Source of the DNA: Candidatus Bathyarchaeia archaeon
GTDB lineage: Archaea; Thermoproteota; Bathyarchaeia; Bathyarchaeales; Bathycorpusculaceae
Length of the DNA: 10,638 bases
Reading direction: 5' to 3'
NCBI GenBank assembly: GCA_050012755.1
Contig: JBEKGO010000050.1
Coordinates: 1 to 10,638 of the forward strand
The notes below the pieces were generated by a model that saw nothing but the letters and a program-made list of their open reading frames with translations, was not told the origin of the DNA and ran no database searches. Made by a program: the position numbers and the translations under genes. This document shows positions 5,699 through 10,638 of this stretch, piece by piece (within the stretch, counting starts at the first letter, position 1; each line of letters begins with the position of its first letter).

Positions 5699-7990
5699 AT
5701 GCTTTCAATCAGTAGTCCTTGCAAAATTAAAGGTTGGATACTTGATGCCTACCCTTCAGACGAAGGCGAAATCACTGTTTGGATTATTAGTGAATCGGGT
5801 CAAAGAATCCGACTTTCAGATAGTTTCCATCCTAAAATTTATGCTTCATCAAAACAAGAATGCATTGATCCTTTAATTGGTAAACTTTATAACAACCCCG
5901 ACGTGCTAAAATGGAGTTTTGCCTTCAAGTATGCTCAGCCTACGGATTCAGAGAAAAGCAAAGTTTTGGAGCTTTCGCTTAGGGACTGCAGAAGAACGAT
6001 GGCGCTGACAAACAATATTCTTAGGCTGGGTGATTTTATGCGTTATCAGGTTTCTAACTGCGATCTAAAAGGAGATCAAGCGTACTTTTTCAGCCACGAC
6101 ATCTTTCCCCTTGCACTCGTAAAAGTCAAGGTAGAAAAAACAGGTCTTCAATACACTTTGCTTGATTCGATATTTAGCAGTGATTATGCTATTCCTCCAT
6201 TGCGAGTTATGAAATTGGAAGTGGAAATTGCAAAGAAAAATAAAATCGCTGACTTTAAAGACCCAATTGGAACAATCGAGGTTAGCCAGAGCGAAAAAGA
6301 CATGTTAATTAACTCTGGCGACGAAGCAGAAAAACTTCTTAAACTTGTTAGAATAGTCAAAGAGCTTGATCCCGACATATTGGTGACTTCTGGCGGCGAT
6401 TCACACCTTTTTCCCTACCTAACAGAGCGAGCAACCATAAACAGTGTAACCGACAAATTTACTTTAAGCAGAGATGGCACACCTTTTTCCTCAAAAACGC
6501 CTTCGGGTAAAACATTCTTCTCATACGGACGCACCTTTTACAGAGTTGGTCCTATTCGGCTTTATGGAAGAATCCACATCGACCAAAACAACACATTCGT
6601 TTTATCTGAGGCAGGACTCGACGGACTGATCGAGATTGCAAGAACTTGCCGAGTGCCTCTGCATACTGCCGCACGCAACTCTATAGGCTCCAGCATGTCC
6701 TCGCTACAATTCTATCAAGCCATAAAGGATGATGTGCTTATTCCAAGAAACAAAAGCATTCCTGAAGCCTTCAAATCCGCCTATGATCTGCTCGTTGGCG
6801 ACCGCGGAGGAATGGTGTATGAGCCTAGGGTGGGTGCACATGATTATGTTGGTGAAGTAGATTTCAGCAGCATGTACCCAAGCATTATGGCGGACAAAAA
6901 CATCTCCGCAGAAACGGTTCTATGCAAATGTTGCCCAGACTCGCATATGCGTATTCCTGAACTCAATTATCACATATGCACCAAACGCACTGGTATAGTT
7001 CCCAAAACCCTGCGATTCGTCGTGGACAAACGCCTCTATTACAAAAAAATGAAAAAAGAAACCTCTGACCCGCAACTCAGAGAAGTCTATGATAATCGGC
7101 AAATAGCTCTAAAATGGATTCTAGTCACCTGTTTTGGCTACCTTGGCTACAAAAACGCTAAATTCGGAACAGTAGACGGACACATTGGAGTTTGTGCGTT
7201 TGGCCGAGAAGCACTACTAAATGCCTCGCATACAGCAGAAGAACAGGGTTTTGAAGTTATCCATGGAATTGTGGATTCACTTTGGCTTAAAAAACCAGAT
7301 GCTCGCATAGAAGACTACGAAAACCTCTGTAAAGCAATAACTAAGCAAACAGGCATGCCTATCAGTTTTGGGGGTCGATATAAATGGATTGTCTTTTTGC
7401 CCTCTAGAATGCACCCAAGGGTAGGCGTTTTGAACCGCTATTATGGGGTGATGGAAGATGGCAAAATCAAAGTGCGAGGTTTAGAAATCCGCAGAAGAGA
7501 CACGCCGCATTTTGTGTTTGATGCTCAAACGGAAATGATTGACGCGCTGGCAACGGCAAACAACACAGCTGAACTGCGCAAGCAAATTCCTTTGGCTTTG
7601 GATGTCGTGAGAAGGTATCGGCAAAAACTTATAGATAGTGATGTGCCAGTTGAGGATCTGATCATAACTAAGCGCATGTCAAAAAGGCCCGATCGATACC
7701 GCCAACACGTTAGCCAGGTCATAGCTGCAGAGCAACTAATCAAAGAAGGCGAAGAAGTCCATGCGGGAAATAATGTTAGATTCCTTTTCACGCATTCCAA
7801 AGACAAGCGGCATGAACGCAGAGTCAAGGCGGCTCAACTAATCGAGAAAGGCGTAGAAGTAGATACTGCAAAATATCTTATACTTCTTTACTCATCAGCG
7901 GCAAACCTGCTTAGTTTCGAAGGCTGCACCACCCAATCAATCTATGATGAGATAAGAGAAAATAGACAAAGAACGCTCAAGGGATTTTAG
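5699..7990 (+). CDS. polB2: Family B DNA polymerase of the archaeal PolB2 (Dpo2-like) group
   Basis: Motif A DFSSMYPS (6860 onward); motif B variant KWILVTCFGYLGY; motif C HGIVDS (7262-7279) in place of YGDTDS; NRYYG and VRGLEIRRRD. Exonuclease motifs are degenerate (LEVE for FDIE; TSGGDSHLFPYL for TYNGDNFDFPYL). G-rich SD upstream. Confidence 0.93.
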   Translation: MLSISSPCKIKGWILDAYPSDEGEITVWIISESGQRIRLSDSFHPKIYASSKQECIDPLIGKLYNNPDVLKWSFAFKYAQPTDSEKSKVLELSLRDCRRTMALTNNILRLGDFMRYQVSNCDLKGDQAYFFSHDIFPLALVKVKVEKTGLQYTLLDSIFSSDYAIPPLRVMKLEVEIAKKNKIADFKDPIGTIEVSQSEKDMLINSGDEAEKLLKLVRIVKELDPDILVTSGGDSHLFPYLTERATINSVTDKFTLSRDGTPFSSKTPSGKTFFSYGRTFYRVGPIRLYGRIHIDQNNTFVLSEAGLDGLIEIARTCRVPLHTAARNSIGSSMSSLQFYQAIKDDVLIPRNKSIPEAFKSAYDLLVGDRGGMVYEPRVGAHDYVGEVDFSSMYPSIMADKNISAETVLCKCCPDSHMRIPELNYHICTKRTGIVPKTLRFVVDKRLYYKKMKKETSDPQLREVYDNRQIALKWILVTCFGYLGYKNAKFGTVDGHIGVCAFGREALLNASHTAEEQGFEVIHGIVDSLWLKKPDARIEDYENLCKAITKQTGMPISFGGRYKWIVFLPSRMHPRVGVLNRYYGVMEDGKIKVRGLEIRRRDTPHFVFDAQTEMIDALATANNTAELRKQIPLALDVVRRYRQKLIDSDVPVEDLIITKRMSKRPDRYRQHVSQVIAAEQLIKEGEEVHAGNNVRFLFTHSKDKRHERRVKAAQLIEKGVEVDTAKYLILLYSSAANLLSFEGCTTQSIYDEIRENRQRTLKGF

Positions 7991-8034
7991 CATTGTTGAT
8001 TCAAGCAATAAGATAGACGGAGGTTTAGCATTCT

Positions 8035-8385
8035 TCAGTATCTTGAAATCTCAAAACTTTCTCGCATTGCATTGACATAAGCTGAGAATGTTAAGTCAAT
8101 TTCTTTGAAAGCAATTGACTGATTCTTAAAATGTTGGTCAGCGCTAATCTTTGCATAGAGTGTTTTCATAAATTTAATTTCAAGATGGTAGGCGCTCGAA
8201 CCAAAAATCCTGAGTAAGAAATGTGAAAATTCTTCTATTTTTTGTGGGAGCTCATTCTTCGTAATTGAAAAATCATTTTCCAGATGGATATAAACATGAT
8301 TCTTTACGGGTTCGCCCAAAGAGCCCAATACTTCATCGATAGCTTCGACTAGTAATTGGTCAAATTTTTGTTGCGCAGTACTCAT
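8035..8385 (-). CDS. DUF3227/NitrOD5-like domain protein, paralog 2
   Basis: FDQLLVEAIDEVLGSLGEPVKNHVYIHLENDFSITKNELP...IFGSSAYHLEIKFMKTL aligns without gaps to the 2187-2645 protein; GGGAG upstream of the ATG; convergent with polB2. Confidence 0.85.
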   Translation of the reverse strand: MSTAQQKFDQLLVEAIDEVLGSLGEPVKNHVYIHLENDFSITKNELPQKIEEFSHFLLRIFGSSAYHLEIKFMKTLYAKISADQHFKNQSIAFKEIDLTFSAYVNAMRESFEISRY

Positions 8386-8483
8386 TTTCTCTCCCTTTCA
8401 AAAAATTCAATTCCTTGGACGCAAATTGTTTAGCCACTTAAACTAAACAACCGCCAAATTGACTATATTAACGCTGTTATGAA

Positions 8484-8507
8484 TCTGAATATATGACAAT
8501 ATTCAGA
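8484..8507. promoter_or_regulatory. Perfect 9-bp palindrome TCTGAATAT-N6-ATATTCAGA, candidate operator in a divergent promoter region
   Basis: Read directly; lies between divergent genes, 12 nt upstream of a minus-strand TTAATATA box (8464-8471). Confidence 0.65.
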
Positions 8508-8632
8508 ATACTGAGTTTTTCTTTAGCGCATAGGTGGTTAAATTGAAATATAATTCCCCAAACCCAAAACGACTTCACAAACAATAACTACTAGTGGCCA
8601 CAATACCGTTTTTGGTTCTGAAAGAGAAGTGG

Positions 8633-9100
8633 ATGTTGATGGAAGACAAGAACAAGATAGAACGGAAACCTTATGACGTTTATGGGCGAGGAAAGGAAAC
8701 AGTGCCCTTTAAGGTTGTAGTTAAGCCGCGGTCGGTGATGGGCGACTATATTGCTCTCCACGGTTTATGTCCACTGAATGAATTGCCAGAGAACATGCGA
8801 GGGAAGATCCCTGAAGACGAAATCTGGATGCGTCAAGATGTATTTGAGAATCCGAAAAGGAGGGAACGGATTCTTCAGGGACACGAGAAGTACGAACTCT
8901 CTCTAATGGAGACCGAAGGTCTAACATATAAGCAGGCGCACCGTAAGGCGCAATTGCATGAGAGGTTTTACCTTCTCGAAAAAGACCTAGACAAGCTGGA
9001 AACGAATTTGAAGATTAGGCACCATGATGCGGTTAGAATCGTTGAGCCAACTGAAAAGAAGGAAAAGGAAGAAGTAGCTGAAGACGAACCAAGGCGATAG
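8633..9100 (+). CDS. Hypothetical protein with an HExxE...YxxAH putative metal-binding motif
   Basis: IPEDEIW...ILQGHEKYELSLMETEGLTYKQAHRKA, followed by a charged tail. An ATG at 8633 or 8639 after a purine-rich stretch is preferred to the GTG at 8594. Confidence 0.75.
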   Translation: MLMEDKNKIERKPYDVYGRGKETVPFKVVVKPRSVMGDYIALHGLCPLNELPENMRGKIPEDEIWMRQDVFENPKRRERILQGHEKYELSLMETEGLTYKQAHRKAQLHERFYLLEKDLDKLETNLKIRHHDAVRIVEPTEKKEKEEVAEDEPRR

Positions 9101-9330
9101 TGTAGCGTGTGCTAAGCCAAAACGGAGAGAAAGATTAAAATTAATCTCATCTCAAACTTTTCATTCTTTTCAATTTCTCTTTGAAATTTATGCTTCACAA
9201 GCCTAATAGACGGTTTTTCACGTTCGGACTGATAGCAAATATTATATATTAATATGCCATATATTAGTGCAGGCAAACTCAATTGTAATAGCAGAGTTAT
9301 GCAGGGTGACCTAAAACGAAAAACAATGTA

Positions 9331-9684
9331 ATGCTAACCTGCCCAAACAATGCATGTAAGAAAGTTATCATTAAGCCTCTAAAAACATTGAATCGTCAAC
9401 AAAATTCAAAGGAGCCCTATTACGCGTGTCCATATTGCTTAACAGAAATAACCTTTCCGGAAACCAAAGAGGATGATGCACCAGAAAAACCAGCGGCGGA
9501 AGTTGCTGTCCCCGAAGAAAAGCCCAGTCAAAGCCAGGAGAAATTATCCAATTGCAAACATTATTTTGGCTACATGAGTGAAAAGGAACACAAACAGCAA
9601 ATGCCTGAAGAATGTATGTTATGCTCACAAATAATGGACTGTATGGCTAAAGAAAAAGGATTTGCGAATGAAAAAGCAAATTAA
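9331..9684 (+). CDS. Cys-rich protein with two putative zinc-binding modules
   Basis: N-terminal CPNNAC...CPYC; Pro/Glu/Lys-rich linker; C-terminal CKHYFGY...PEECMLC...C. Confidence 0.85.
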   Translation: MLTCPNNACKKVIIKPLKTLNRQQNSKEPYYACPYCLTEITFPETKEDDAPEKPAAEVAVPEEKPSQSQEKLSNCKHYFGYMSEKEHKQQMPEECMLCSQIMDCMAKEKGFANEKAN

Positions 9685-9920
9685 AGAAATAATCTCGGCT
9701 AATTAACGGGGAATCTTCATTTCGGTTCGCATGCTCGCCAGTCGCCTAATTGAGAAAAGAAAACTCAAGTTGCTGGAATTTTAATACTGATTCAGTGCAA
9801 ACATCCACCTAACAAACATTTTATTTTGAATGCGGTTTTAAGCGCCTCATTTCCAATAATGAGAAAAAACTCCAAAATCTTAAAAATACAAGTTGTCACT
9901 AATGATTGGAGAGCATTTAA

Positions 9921-10190
9921 ATGAACAAGCAGGAAGCAAGTTCTTTCCTAAAGGAACTACTAACTAAATGTAAGATGGATTCAGATTCATTTATTTTGGT
10001 TGAGCCAAACCCTAAGGATACATTGTCAACTGGATACAAAGTTAGAGTAAAAACGATTTTGAATAATGAATGTAGGAAACAAATTAGAGAAATTACTAAA
10101 AAATATGACTTGGCTGTGATAGAAGAGGAAGTTCAAATTATTATCTATAAGCCTAAATCGAAGAATTCGGGTAATTTAATTCTGAAATAA
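9921..10190 (+). CDS. Hypothetical small alpha/beta protein (89 aa), paralog of the 10238-10456 protein
   Basis: GGAG upstream of ATG; shares MxxxEAxxxLKEL, YxVxVK, KxYDLAVxE and terminal I(Y/F)K with the convergent neighbour. Confidence 0.8.
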   Translation: MNKQEASSFLKELLTKCKMDSDSFILVEPNPKDTLSTGYKVRVKTILNNECRKQIREITKKYDLAVIEEEVQIIIYKPKSKNSGNLILK

Positions 10191-10237
10191 TTGGAATTAT
10201 ACGTTGGAAGATTAAATTTCTGAGTCAACCTGTTAAA

Positions 10238-10456
10238 TTAGGATTTAAAAATAACTAAATATCCATTTGTTGCGTCTTCCTTAACCGCCAAATCATATTG
10301 TTTGACAAATCCCTTGAGTAATTCCAAGTCATAAAAACCTTTTATTTGGAGTTCGTATCTGTCGGGTTTTCTCTGTTCAATAAGCACCAATGATGGATGA
10401 ATTAAATGTTGAGCGTCTAATTCTTTCAGCAGAGCAACCGCTTCGTATCTTTGCAT
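10238..10456 (-). CDS. Hypothetical small alpha/beta protein (72 aa), paralog of the 9921-10190 protein
   Basis: ATG at 10456 (MQRYEAVALLKEL) aligns with the paralog's start; minus-strand GTATAAA box at about 10495-10501. Confidence 0.8.
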   Translation of the reverse strand: MQRYEAVALLKELDAQHLIHPSLVLIEQRKPDRYELQIKGFYDLELLKGFVKQYDLAVKEDATNGYLVIFKS

Positions 10457-10516
10457 AGCCAACCGATTGCTTATGGACGTGCAAGACTAATAAGTTTATA
10501 CCAAATTAACGCAAAG

Positions 10517-10638
10517 TGTTCTATCTTTAAAATAGGCTACATTCTCCCTAAAATGGGGGAGTGCTTGGTTGGAAAGAGATCGGGAAAAACTTAGAAAATG
10601 GATAATCAAAAAGAAACTTGAAGGTAGAGCCGTTACCG
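10517..10638 (+). mobile_element. Possible left end of an IS481-like insertion sequence
   Basis: TGTTCTATCTTTAAAATAGGCTACA (10517-10541) starts with TGT as IS481-family ends do, and is followed by an SD and an ORF open to the window edge. Neither the right end nor a DDE domain is visible. Confidence 0.35.
10569..10638 (+). CDS. 5' fragment of an ORF running off the window (MERDREKLRKWIIKKKLEGRAVT...), possibly a transposase N-terminus
   Basis: TTG start 5 nt after GGGGGAGTG; 23 open codons; basic helix resembling the lead-in to a transposase HTH. Confidence 0.5.
   Translation, partial: MERDREKLRKWIIKKKLEGRAVT

Noticed and set aside
5699-7990. Polymerase as a casposon or viral protein-primed PolB, an intein host, or a pseudogene
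   Set aside because: Motifs fit cellular PolB2; no cas1, capsid gene or intein motifs are visible; the ORF is uninterrupted.
9240-9266. AT-only palindromes such as TAATAT-N5-ATATTA upstream of the zinc-finger gene
   Set aside because: Low complexity and overlapping the probable TATA region; only loosely similar to the 8484 palindrome.
6184-9628. Minus-strand ORFs 6184-6378, 6920-7102, 7525-7827, 8721-8927 and 9371-9628
   Set aside because: Antisense shadows of better-supported genes.
1-10638. CRISPR array, rRNA, C/D-box sRNA or tandem repeat array
   Set aside because: I found no regularly spaced direct repeats, rRNA-like sequence or correctly ordered C and D boxes by eye.

Overview
Archaeal chromosomal window, most likely TACK lineage; the gene set and style suggest Bathyarchaeia (my inference, no search run). 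From left to right it contains: the 5' part of a UPF0282/COG2248 metallo-beta-lactamase-fold gene running off the left edge (missed by the ORF track); a small helical ORF; an intron-less tRNA-Gly(GCC); a DUF3227/NitrOD5-like gene followed by a stand-alone response-regulator receiver; a full-length TFB; two sub-60-aa ORFs missed by the track (one very basic, one a C4 zinc ribbon); a small membrane protein; a PolB2-type family B DNA polymerase without its usual partner genes; a second DUF3227-like paralog; an HExxE...AH protein; a double zinc-finger protein; a convergent pair of small paralogs; and possibly the left end of an IS481-like element at the right edge. The most interesting signals are the clustering of signalling genes with TFB and PolB2, a four-Cys motif in PolB2 at the position of the Pol epsilon Fe-S site, a recurring intergenic TCNGAATATW motif, several unannotated micro-ORFs, and two possible non-AUG starts. 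Family assignments come from motif recognition by eye.
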